DNA from: a virus
Taxonomy: Duplodnaviria > Caudoviricetes
Strand: one strand, 5' to 3'
Virus record (IMG/VR): IMGVR_UViG_3300027733_000013
Coordinates: 1-33,803 of that record
DNA length: 33,803 nucleotides
In this document: piece by piece, positions 25,671 through 33,803 of the stretch
Position numbering within the stretch: position 1 is the first letter of the stretch
Layout of the letters: each line of letters starts with the position of its first letter
Notes under the pieces: model-generated
The model's database searches: none
The model's input: the letters and a program-made list of their open reading frames with translations, nothing else
What the model was told of the DNA's origin: nothing
Translations under genes and position numbers: made by a program

Positions 25671-25964
25671 ATGGCTTTTTCAGTAACCCCTTTAGTGGGA
25701 ATTGATCTAACTAACACAGTTACAGCAGCAGCAATTACTGCTGGACAACAAGTTGCAAACCAATTATTAGGTGTGCAAGTTTGGGGTTCAGACGGTTTAC
25801 GTTATGTATTTGCTAAGGCTAATGCTACTATCACAGCATCAACAACTGTTTGCGATATCAACACAACAACTTTCTTAGTTGCAGCTTCAGGTGGTTCTTA
25901 TACATCTCCAGCTACATCTATGGTATCAGGTGACTATGGTTGGTTTAGCAAGGCTTCAGTATAG
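25671..25964 (+). CDS. Capsid cement/decoration protein
   Basis: Follows the MCP and precedes the terminator; GSDG.RYVFA, GDYGWF. Confidence 0.6.
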   Translation: MAFSVTPLVGIDLTNTVTAAAITAGQQVANQLLGVQVWGSDGLRYVFAKANATITASTTVCDINTTTFLVAASGGSYTSPATSMVSGDYGWFSKASV

Positions 25965-25972
25965 TATTAAGT

Positions 25973-25998
25973 ACTCCCCTAGCAATAGGGGGGTTTCT
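25973..25998 (+). terminator. Intrinsic terminator after the capsid genes
   Basis: ACTCCCCTA-GCAA-TAGGGGGGT then TTCT; GNRA loop. Confidence 0.75.
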
Positions 25999-26052
25999 CA
26001 AGTCTATTCATGGTGAGTAGGCTTGACAAACCAAACTACTTTGGAGAATTAA

Positions 26053-26652
26053 ATGTCAGACACAGGCGCACTAGCAGTAAGATTTTATAGTAAGGAACTA
26101 CAAAACGATTTTCTAACCAATAAAGAAGGCAGACCAATTAGCTACATGGCCGACTTTGTTAGAATTGAAATACCAGGCAATCAACTAAGTATTATTGATA
26201 CTTTTGTGAATAACTCACATAAATCACAATTTCCTACACAATGGTCTATGTATTTAAACGAAAAGGCAGATGGCAACCATAATCCTGATAACGTGCAAGG
26301 CACAATATTAAGAGATTGGCCTATCCTTAACTCAGCACAAGCGACAGAATTAAAACACTTTAAGTTCTACACTGTAGAACAAGTGGCAGCAGCTTCAGAT
26401 CAACAACTTATGGCAATCGGTATGACAGCAGGTATGTCACCATTAGCATTAAGAGATAAAGCTAAAGCGTTCTTAGAAAACGCTAAAGACTCATCATTTG
26501 TACAAAGACAGGCAGACGAACTTAAATTAAGAGAGCAAGAAATTGCTGATCTTAAAGATCAGATGACTAGATTAGCAAAAATGGTAGAGGAAAAGTCTAA
26601 ATCTGATAAGCCTGAAGCCAAACTAGAAACGAAAGAACCCAAAAAGGACTAA
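26053..26652 (+). CDS. Conserved-looking hypothetical morphogenesis-region protein
   Basis: GRPI...DFVRI.IPG, F.TVEQVAAASD; C-terminal coiled coil. Confidence 0.7.
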   Translation: MSDTGALAVRFYSKELQNDFLTNKEGRPISYMADFVRIEIPGNQLSIIDTFVNNSHKSQFPTQWSMYLNEKADGNHNPDNVQGTILRDWPILNSAQATELKHFKFYTVEQVAAASDQQLMAIGMTAGMSPLALRDKAKAFLENAKDSSFVQRQADELKLREQEIADLKDQMTRLAKMVEEKSKSDKPEAKLETKEPKKD

Positions 26653-26655
26653 CTA

Positions 26656-27558
26656 ATGGCATCAACTCTTTTACAACTCGTACAACAAGCAACAGGGGAA
26701 ATGGGATTAAACCAACCTACGCAAGTTGTCGGTAATTCTTCATCTGATGTAATCCAAATCTATTCACTTATCAATAGTGTTGGGTACGAAGTTCAAAGAG
26801 ATCACAATTGGGAAGCCTTAGACAAAGAGTATAGATTTTATACTGTCTACACAACACTTACTTGTACACTTGTGGAAGATTCTGTCAATGTAACAACGGT
26901 AGAATCAACCACAGGGTTAAGTAACCTATATATCGTAACAGGCACAGGTATCAATCAAGATACTTATGTTAATACTGTAACAGGTGCTAATTCATTAACA
27001 TTAACACAAGCTGCTACAACAAGCGGTGTATATACACTTTACTTTTCACAAGCTAAATACCCATTACCAAGCGATTGGGATAGACAAGTAGATCGTACAC
27101 ATTACGACAAGTCTAAACGCTGGGAAATGTTAGGCCCTACAGATGCTCAACAATGGCAATTCTTAAAGTCTAGCTATATTTCAACAGGCCCTAGAATCCG
27201 TTATAGAATTTTAGGTGGATACTTCCAAGTATGGCCTGCTATGAATACGGATGAGTATTTAGGTTTTGAATACATGAGTAACCAATGGGCTACAAGTTCA
27301 GCAGGAGTGACACAATCATCATTCTTAGCAGACTCAGATACTTGTATATTCCCTGATCGTTTAATGGTTACAGCGTTAAAAAAGAAATACTTTGAAATTA
27401 AAGGTTTTGATTCAACAGCATTTACGAGAGATTACTTACAACAATTAAGCTTTGCTAAAGCCAACGATTCTGGCTCTGCTACATTAAGCTTTGCTCCAAC
27501 ACCTGGTGCAATCTTAATAGGCTTTGAGAATATCCCTGACGCTAACTACGGACAATAA
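26656..27558 (+). CDS. Head-tail adaptor (tail tubular protein A-like)
   Basis: Position; TLLQLVQ, W.AL, YPLPSDWDR. Confidence 0.65.
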   Translation: MASTLLQLVQQATGEMGLNQPTQVVGNSSSDVIQIYSLINSVGYEVQRDHNWEALDKEYRFYTVYTTLTCTLVEDSVNVTTVESTTGLSNLYIVTGTGINQDTYVNTVTGANSLTLTQAATTSGVYTLYFSQAKYPLPSDWDRQVDRTHYDKSKRWEMLGPTDAQQWQFLKSSYISTGPRIRYRILGGYFQVWPAMNTDEYLGFEYMSNQWATSSAGVTQSSFLADSDTCIFPDRLMVTALKKKYFEIKGFDSTAFTRDYLQQLSFAKANDSGSATLSFAPTPGAILIGFENIPDANYGQ

Positions 27559-27563
27559 ATAAT

Positions 27564-29096
27564 ATGTTTCCAGTAAAGAAAAAATCGTCAGGAAGCGTAT
27601 CATTACCAGCACCGGTCGGTGGATGGAACGCAAGAGACAGCTTAGGAGATATGCCTGCAACGGATGCAGTCTATCTTACTAACTGGTTTCCTGCTACTAC
27701 AGAGCTATTACTTAGAAGCGGCCATACACAATGGGCTACAGGTATTACAGGTCAAGTAGATACTTTAATGGCTTACGAAAGTGGCTCTACATCTAAACTA
27801 TTTGCTATTGCAGGTGGCTCTGTATATAACGTCACTAATCCAGGAGCTGTAGGGGCTGCAGTATTGTCAGGTTTAAATAACTCACGCTGGCAGTATTGTA
27901 ATATCACTACATCTGGTGGATCATTCTTATATATGGCTAACGGTACTAATACGCCTTATCTATATAACGGTACTACATGGACAAGCATTACAGGTGCTTC
28001 TACACCGGCTATTACAGGCGTTACTACTACATTACTTAATAACCCTATTGTATTTAAAAGCAGAGTATTCTTTACAGAAGCTCAATCTTTAAGAGCATGG
28101 TACTTACCTACATTAGCAGTAGGTGGAGCTGCACAATCTATAGATATTAGTGCGTTTGCTTATAAAGGTGGCAATATTGTACAGCATGCAACATGGACAA
28201 TAGATGCTGGTTATGGTGTTAATGATTACTATGTTCTTTATACATCTAAAGGCCAAGTAGTCGTATATTCAGGCACAGATCCTTCATCATCTACATCATG
28301 GGCTATGGTAGGTGTATGGGATTTAGGTACTCCAGTAGGCACTCGCTGTATGTACAAATACGGTGGTGATTTACTATTATTAGGTAAAGATGGACTTACA
28401 CCATTAGCATCAGAATTACAATCATCTAGGCTTGATCCTAGAGTAGCTATTACAGATAAAATACAATCGGCTGTATCAGAAGCTATTACAAATTATGGTT
28501 CAGAATTTGGATGGCAAATGTTGTTTTATCCAGAAGAAAATCAATTATGGTTAAATGTACCTAATTCTGTAGAAAAAACACAGTTTGCTATGAACACCAT
28601 TACAAAAAATTGGTGTAATTACACAGGCTGGAATGCTACATGTTGGGAAATATATAACGATCAACCTTACTTTGGTGGCAATGGCTTTGTAGGTAGAGCA
28701 TGGTATACTAACTCAGATAATGGATCTAATATTAATGCTACTGCATTACAATCATTTTCAGCATTTGAAAGCCCAGGACAGTTAAAACGATTTACAATGG
28801 CTAAACCTATATTTAGAACATCTGGTAGCCCAGCTATCTATGCAAACGTAAATATAGACTTTAATTTAGATGTACCTACTACAACACTTAACTTTACGCC
28901 TACCACATCTGGAACATGGGATAGTGCTAAATGGGATATAGGTGTTTGGGGTGGTGGTTTATACATTCTACAACAATGGCAAGGTTTAAATGGTGTTGGC
29001 TACTATGGCGCACCTGTTGTTAAAACATCTTCACAAGGTATTGACGTAAGATGGGTTTCTACAGATTTAGTTATTGAAAAGGGTGCAGTACTATAA
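27564..29096 (+). CDS. Tail nozzle / packaged-DNA stabilisation protein (tubular B or P22 gp10-like)
   Basis: PAPVGGWNARD; beta-propeller-like composition; position after the adaptor. Confidence 0.7.
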   Translation: MFPVKKKSSGSVSLPAPVGGWNARDSLGDMPATDAVYLTNWFPATTELLLRSGHTQWATGITGQVDTLMAYESGSTSKLFAIAGGSVYNVTNPGAVGAAVLSGLNNSRWQYCNITTSGGSFLYMANGTNTPYLYNGTTWTSITGASTPAITGVTTTLLNNPIVFKSRVFFTEAQSLRAWYLPTLAVGGAAQSIDISAFAYKGGNIVQHATWTIDAGYGVNDYYVLYTSKGQVVVYSGTDPSSSTSWAMVGVWDLGTPVGTRCMYKYGGDLLLLGKDGLTPLASELQSSRLDPRVAITDKIQSAVSEAITNYGSEFGWQMLFYPEENQLWLNVPNSVEKTQFAMNTITKNWCNYTGWNATCWEIYNDQPYFGGNGFVGRAWYTNSDNGSNINATALQSFSAFESPGQLKRFTMAKPIFRTSGSPAIYANVNIDFNLDVPTTTLNFTPTTSGTWDSAKWDIGVWGGGLYILQQWQGLNGVGYYGAPVVKTSSQGIDVRWVSTDLVIEKGAVL

Positions 29097-29509
29097 TAGT
29101 TCAAGGTCAAGAAGTTGGCGAGTGGGTATGTGAAAAGGCAGGTGGCCAATGGAATCCATTATGTCAAGCTATTGGTCAAGTTAGTGATGGTAAATTTGTT
29201 ATAGGAGTACTTTATAACGGTTATACAGGCAGTTCAATATCAATTCATTCAAGATGTGATATACCAGCAAAAGTTTCAAGAGAATTTTATTGGGCGATAT
29301 TTAATTACCCATTCAATGTATTAAAAGTCAAACGCTTAACAGGATTAGTCTCTACAGCTAATTTAAAAGCACAAAAATTAGATGAACATTTAGGTTTTGA
29401 ACGTGAAACAGTAATAAAAGATTACTTTCCTGATGGTGATGGGATTGTTTATATTATGCGACCAGAAAACTGTCGCTTTTTAAAACTCGGAGATAGATAT
29501 GCAAAGTAA
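29093..29509 (+). CDS. GNAT-family acetyltransferase, 138 aa, no canonical start (not in ORF track)
   Basis: Open frame ...WAIFNYPFNVLKVKRLTGLVSTANLKAQKLDEHLGFERE... fills the gap between nozzle and ejection genes; putative ATA start. Confidence 0.85.
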   Translation: MIVQGQEVGEWVCEKAGGQWNPLCQAIGQVSDGKFVIGVLYNGYTGSSISIHSRCDIPAKVSREFYWAIFNYPFNVLKVKRLTGLVSTANLKAQKLDEHLGFERETVIKDYFPDGDGIVYIMRPENCRFLKLGDRYAK

Positions 29510-30395
29510 GTTAGCTAGATTATTAGATCCACTTTATAGATGGATTACAAATTACATGGGTGATTGTGGTTTTATACTATATGGTATTGGTAAAGATGAT
29601 CCACCACCAGCACCAGACTATGCTGCCGCAGCTAGAGAAACAGCACAAGGCAATATAGATGCAGCTAGAGTAGCTACAGCAGCTAACCGAGTAAATCAAG
29701 TTACACCTTATGGTAATCTAACTTACAAACAAACAGGCACAGATTCTTATGGCAATCCTACTTGGACTGCTACACAAGAACTATCTCCAGCACAACAAGA
29801 AATTGCAGACAAACAAGCAAGTTTATCATCAGGACTTTTAACTACAGCTCAATCAGGATTAGATTACGCTGGTAATGTCATTGCAAAACCAGGTATAGAT
29901 CAATCTAAATTACCTTCTACAGGATTTGATCCAGGTCAATCATATCAAGATGCTATATTAAAAAGACTTTCTCCACAACTTGATCGTGAAAATCAATCAT
30001 TTGAACAAGAAATGGCTAATAAAGGTATTGGCGTAGGTACTCAAGCATATAATACTGCTAAACAATTATTATCTCAAAATCAAAATGATAGACTTACTTC
30101 AGCTACAGTACAAGGTATTAATACAGGTCTTACAGCTAATCAACAAGCATTTAATCAAGCTGGTTACAATCAAATGCAACCAATTAATGTTATTAATGCT
30201 TTAAGAACTGGATCACAAGTTTCCACTCCAAACTATGTTAATCCAGCATTACAATCTACAACACAAGGCCCTGATTTATTAGCTGCTACTACTAATAAAT
30301 ATAATGCACAATTAGGTGCTACTAACGCAGCAAATGCCAATACAGCAAACTTTACAAGTGGTTTGATGAATCTTGGCGGACAAATTTTCGGATAA
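29499..30395 (+). CDS. Internal virion / DNA ejection (pilot) protein
   Basis: PPPAPDYAAAA..TAQGN, NRVNQVTPYG; Q/A/N-rich. Confidence 0.65.
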   Translation: MQSKLARLLDPLYRWITNYMGDCGFILYGIGKDDPPPAPDYAAAARETAQGNIDAARVATAANRVNQVTPYGNLTYKQTGTDSYGNPTWTATQELSPAQQEIADKQASLSSGLLTTAQSGLDYAGNVIAKPGIDQSKLPSTGFDPGQSYQDAILKRLSPQLDRENQSFEQEMANKGIGVGTQAYNTAKQLLSQNQNDRLTSATVQGINTGLTANQQAFNQAGYNQMQPINVINALRTGSQVSTPNYVNPALQSTTQGPDLLAATTNKYNAQLGATNAANANTANFTSGLMNLGGQIFG

Positions 30396-30404
30396 GGATA
30401 AAAC

Positions 30405-31856
30405 ATGGCATTTTTCCCACAAGATGATACACAAGACGTTAGTGGAATACCAGCTAATGATGTAATGGCTCAACTTGAGCTACAACGTAAACTTAAAATA
30501 GCTGATGCACTTAAAAATGCACAAGCACCACAAGGTCAGATGATTGGTGGTCATTATGTAGCTCCAGCATTTACACAGCAGTTAGCTAATGCTTATGGTA
30601 TGTATAAAGGCAAAAAATCAGAAGAAGAAGCCATTAAAAAATATGGTGAATATACTGCTGGTAAAGAACAAAAAATGGCTGAAGCTCTTAAAAGACTTGG
30701 TGGCGCATTTGAACCTAAAACTGTTACTAATACAACAATGCAAACTCAAGATGTTCCATTAACAGAAGGTATGAATGTTGGTACATCACCATTTGGCACA
30801 ACAGATCAAGTATCTCAAGTTGCTCCTAAATTTGGTATGGATACACCTGCACCACAAAATATGGCAGGTACAACTACACAAATGAATCCTGTAACATCTA
30901 CATCTACAGTTCAACCTACAACATCAGATATAGAAAAAGCATTTGGACAATACGCATCAGATGTTAAAGATCCAAAAATGCTTGCATCTATTCTTACTGG
31001 TCGTTATGAAAAAATGGTTAAAGCTAATGAACCAGTTAAACTTGGTGCTGGCGAAACTGTATTTTCTTCTACAGGAACTAAATTATTTGGCAATCCTAAA
31101 GAAGGTAAAAAATATACAGACATTCAAACAGACAAAGCTGGTAATACATTTGGACTTAATACAGAAACTAATCAGTTTGAACGGTTGCCTGGTGCTAAGA
31201 TGGCTACAGAAAATTGGTCAGAACCTTACAAAGTTGGCGGAGAATTTTTACAAAGAAATGCTAACACAGGTGAAGTTAGAAAAGCCTATGGCACTACTGA
31301 TGGCGATAAACCACCATTAGGATTTGGATTTGTTAAAGATGCTAATGGCAATAAAAAATTAGATGTTAATGGCAATCCAATATTAACAAATCTTACTGGT
31401 GGGCCTGCTGATAAATCTTTAAATCCAAACAAAGAACAGTCTGATGCTTATACATATTCTACAAGAATGGAATCTGCTGATAAAATTATTAATAGTTTAG
31501 AAGGTAAATATGATCCATTTAGTATCAATATTAAAACATCAGGAAAAACAGCATTAATACCTGGTGGCGAAACTGTTGCAAATAAATATTTATTAAATGC
31601 AAACGATCAGAAAGCAGAACAAGCACAGCGTAACTTTATCAATGCTGTATTAAGACGTGAATCTGGTGCAACAATTCAACCTAGTGAATTTGATAGTGCA
31701 AATCAACAGTATTTTAATCAACCAGGTGACAGTCCAGAAGTTAAAGCTCAGAAAAAAGCTAATAGACGTGAAGCTATTGAAGGTCTTAAACGAGCAGCAG
31801 GCCCAACAGGTAATAAATCAACAGAATCAACAGTCATAGACTTTAAGGACTTATAA
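30405..31856 (+). CDS. Internal virion / ejection protein
   Basis: Position; FINAVLRRESGA.I..SEF. Confidence 0.6.
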   Translation: MAFFPQDDTQDVSGIPANDVMAQLELQRKLKIADALKNAQAPQGQMIGGHYVAPAFTQQLANAYGMYKGKKSEEEAIKKYGEYTAGKEQKMAEALKRLGGAFEPKTVTNTTMQTQDVPLTEGMNVGTSPFGTTDQVSQVAPKFGMDTPAPQNMAGTTTQMNPVTSTSTVQPTTSDIEKAFGQYASDVKDPKMLASILTGRYEKMVKANEPVKLGAGETVFSSTGTKLFGNPKEGKKYTDIQTDKAGNTFGLNTETNQFERLPGAKMATENWSEPYKVGGEFLQRNANTGEVRKAYGTTDGDKPPLGFGFVKDANGNKKLDVNGNPILTNLTGGPADKSLNPNKEQSDAYTYSTRMESADKIINSLEGKYDPFSINIKTSGKTALIPGGETVANKYLLNANDQKAEQAQRNFINAVLRRESGATIQPSEFDSANQQYFNQPGDSPEVKAQKKANRREAIEGLKRAAGPTGNKSTESTVIDFKDL

Positions 31857-31858
31857 AA

Positions 31859-33484
31859 ATGGATGTAAGATTACCTGATGGCACTGTCATTAACAATGTT
31901 CCTGAAGGAACTACTAAGGCTGAATTAACCGCTAAACTTACTGCTAAAGGTTATAACTTACCTGCAGATAATGCATCTGCTCAACCACAAGTAGAGCAAC
32001 CTAAATCTTATTCTACTATGGGTGCTTTAGGCACAGGAGCATTAAATCTTATACCTAGCACAGGTAGATTATTAAAAGGTGCTGCTCAAGCTGTAATACA
32101 TCCAGTAAATACTATGGAAAGTTTAATACAAGCTACTTCCGGTGGTTTATCAAAAGTATTGCCTGAATCTGTTATGCAATATGCTGTTCCTGAAAAAAGA
32201 CAAAAAGCAGAACAATTAGCTAACGCATTAGGTGAAGATTATTCTAAAAAATACGGCTCTTATGAAGGCTTTAAACGTTCTTTTGCAGAAGATCCAGCAT
32301 CTATATTAGCTGACGTATCTACAGTATTAACAGGTGGCGGTGCTGCATTAAAAGCAGGTAATCTTACTAAAGCAGCAGATGTAGTTAATCAAGCAGCTAA
32401 AGTAACTAATCCATTATATGTTGGTGGAAAAGCAGTTCAAGGTATAGCATCTATTCCTAGCAATCTTACTAAAGGTACATTAGGAGTAACTACTGGAGTT
32501 GGTAGAACGCCTATAGAAGAAGCTATTAAAGCTGGTGAAGCTAACGTATTAAAAGGCACAACAACATTTGCTGAAAATTTACGCAATCCACAAAGCACAG
32601 ATGCTTTAGACATTGCTAAACAAGCTGTAAATAATTTAAAACAAAACAAAAGTCAGCAATATCGTAGTGGAATGGTAGACCTTTCTCAAGATAAAACTGT
32701 TTTAGATTTAGCTCCAATAGATGAAGCCATTTCTAATGCTAAAAAAGATTTTGCTGAATATAAAGGCGTTACTCATAATGCTGAAATTGCAAAAGTTCTT
32801 GATGGAGTTAAAGCAAAAGTTAGTAATTGGAAAAATTTAGATCCTGCTGAATTTCATACGCCAGAAGGATTAGATAAACTTAAACAAAGTATTGGTCAAG
32901 ACTTACAAAAAATTCCTTTTAATGAAACAGATGCTAGAAAAGCTGTAGGTCAAATATATAATGCTACCAAAGATACTATAAATACTCAAGCTCCTGCTTA
33001 TGCAACTATAATGAAAGATTATAGTCAAGCCAGTGATCTTATAAATGAAATTGAATCTGGATTATCTTTAAAATCTAGGGCTGGAAAAATTAATGCTGAT
33101 ACTGCAATGCGTAAATTGCAATCAGTGATGCGTAACAATGTTAATACTAATTATGGTCAAAGAGCTAGATTAGCAGAAGAACTTGTAAAAGCAGGTGGAA
33201 CAGAATTAATGCCAGCATTAGCAGGTCAATCTATGAGTGCTATATTACCTAGAGGATTAGGTGGTCAATTAGAAACTTATGGTGGTGGAGCTGCCGCATT
33301 GATGAATCCTTCAGTATTACTTGGCGCACCATTAGCATCACCAAGAGCTATGGGTGAAGTATTATACAAATATGGTCAAGCTAAAGGTTTAGGTAAAAAA
33401 GCATTAAATCAAGTGCCTTTATCAGTAGATCAAGCCAATAAAATTGGCACACTTTTATATCAAATGAATCAGAACAAGGAGTAA
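31859..33484 (+). CDS. Internal virion / ejection protein
   Basis: MDVRLPDGTVI.NVPEGTT, SPR.MGE; A/G-rich helical. Confidence 0.6.
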   Translation: MDVRLPDGTVINNVPEGTTKAELTAKLTAKGYNLPADNASAQPQVEQPKSYSTMGALGTGALNLIPSTGRLLKGAAQAVIHPVNTMESLIQATSGGLSKVLPESVMQYAVPEKRQKAEQLANALGEDYSKKYGSYEGFKRSFAEDPASILADVSTVLTGGGAALKAGNLTKAADVVNQAAKVTNPLYVGGKAVQGIASIPSNLTKGTLGVTTGVGRTPIEEAIKAGEANVLKGTTTFAENLRNPQSTDALDIAKQAVNNLKQNKSQQYRSGMVDLSQDKTVLDLAPIDEAISNAKKDFAEYKGVTHNAEIAKVLDGVKAKVSNWKNLDPAEFHTPEGLDKLKQSIGQDLQKIPFNETDARKAVGQIYNATKDTINTQAPAYATIMKDYSQASDLINEIESGLSLKSRAGKINADTAMRKLQSVMRNNVNTNYGQRARLAEELVKAGGTELMPALAGQSMSAILPRGLGGQLETYGGGAAALMNPSVLLGAPLASPRAMGEVLYKYGQAKGLGKKALNQVPLSVDQANKIGTLLYQMNQNKE

Positions 33485-33487
33485 CAC

Positions 33488-33803
33488 ATGGCAAGAAATG
33501 GCGCAGGAACGTATACCCTACCAGCCGGTAACCCAGTCACCACAGGAACAACCATATCATCTACATGGGCTAATAATACCCTAAACGATATTGCATCATC
33601 TTTAACAGCATCCCTTGCTTATGATGGTCAAACAGCTCCTGTAGCTAACTTACCTATGGCTACTTATGCTCATACTGGTGTAGGTAATGCCACAGTTCGT
33701 ACCATGTATGCTTCGGCAGGACAAGTGCAAGATAATACATTTTCTTATCTTACTAGCGTATCTGGCACAGACACAATTACTGCTTTAGCTTCTGTATCTA
33801 TGA
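33488..33803 (+). CDS. Tail fibre/spike protein, 5' part; continues across the origin to 867 (351 aa in total)
   Basis: AAGGAG RBS, ATG at 33488, MARNGAGTYTLPAGNPVTTGTTISSTWANNTLNDIA...; in frame with 1..867 after circularisation. Confidence 0.85.
   Translation, partial: MARNGAGTYTLPAGNPVTTGTTISSTWANNTLNDIASSLTASLAYDGQTAPVANLPMATYAHTGVGNATVRTMYASAGQVQDNTFSYLTSVSGTDTITALASVSM
33677..33803 (+). repeat. 127-bp terminal direct repeat (copy 2)
   Basis: Identical to 1..127. Confidence 0.95.

Larger units (their letters stand above)
1..33803. mobile_element. Complete circular(ly permuted) tailed phage genome, podovirus-like, probable Methylophilaceae host
   Basis: Exact terminal overlap; terminase, portal, capsid, tail, lysis and replication genes present; no host housekeeping genes; Methylophilaceae-type pqqA. 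Confidence 0.93.

Noticed and set aside
26023-26051. TTGACA promoter before 26053
   Set aside because: No credible -10 at 16-18 bp; the hexamer overlaps the 3' end of a hairpin arm
33677-33803. Biological terminal repeat or attachment site
   Set aside because: 127 bp equals a common assembler k-mer and the repeat lies mid-gene; it shows circularity only
1-33803. CRISPR array, tRNA, diversity-generating retroelement, integrase or alternative genetic code
   Set aside because: By eye there is no repeat-spacer array, cloverleaf, reverse transcriptase or recombinase motif, and genes read intact in code 11; tRNAscan and HMM searches were not run

Overview
The window is a complete, circularly assembled genome of an AT-rich tailed phage: 33,676 bp unique, with 1..127 repeated exactly at 33677..33803. 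It has a podovirus-type morphogenesis module: terminases, portal, scaffold, major capsid, adaptor/nozzle, three ejection-type proteins and no tape measure. The early region is lambdoid-like: divergent promoters, SSAP/YqaJ exonuclease/SSB to the left, and O-like initiator, DnaB helicase, NinB and a Q-like antiterminator to the right. I recognise no integrase or CI repressor. The main result is a 23-codon pqqA gene (4812..4883, MWTKPTATEMRFGFEVTMYVMNK) missing from the ORF track. It has its own -10 box, RBS and 3' hairpin and lies antisense inside the early left operon. It points to a Methylophilaceae host and to phage boosting of PQQ supply for methanol dehydrogenase. Other notable items: a ~95-nt pseudoknot-capable non-coding element (3378..3473); a recurring CUAC-loop hairpin at three morphogenesis start sites; a GNAT gene with no canonical start codon; an ART-PolyVal-like gene; a Dps/ferritin-like gene; a lysis cassette with no visible spanins; and several small unannotated peptides. 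All family calls come from motif recognition by eye, not from database searches.
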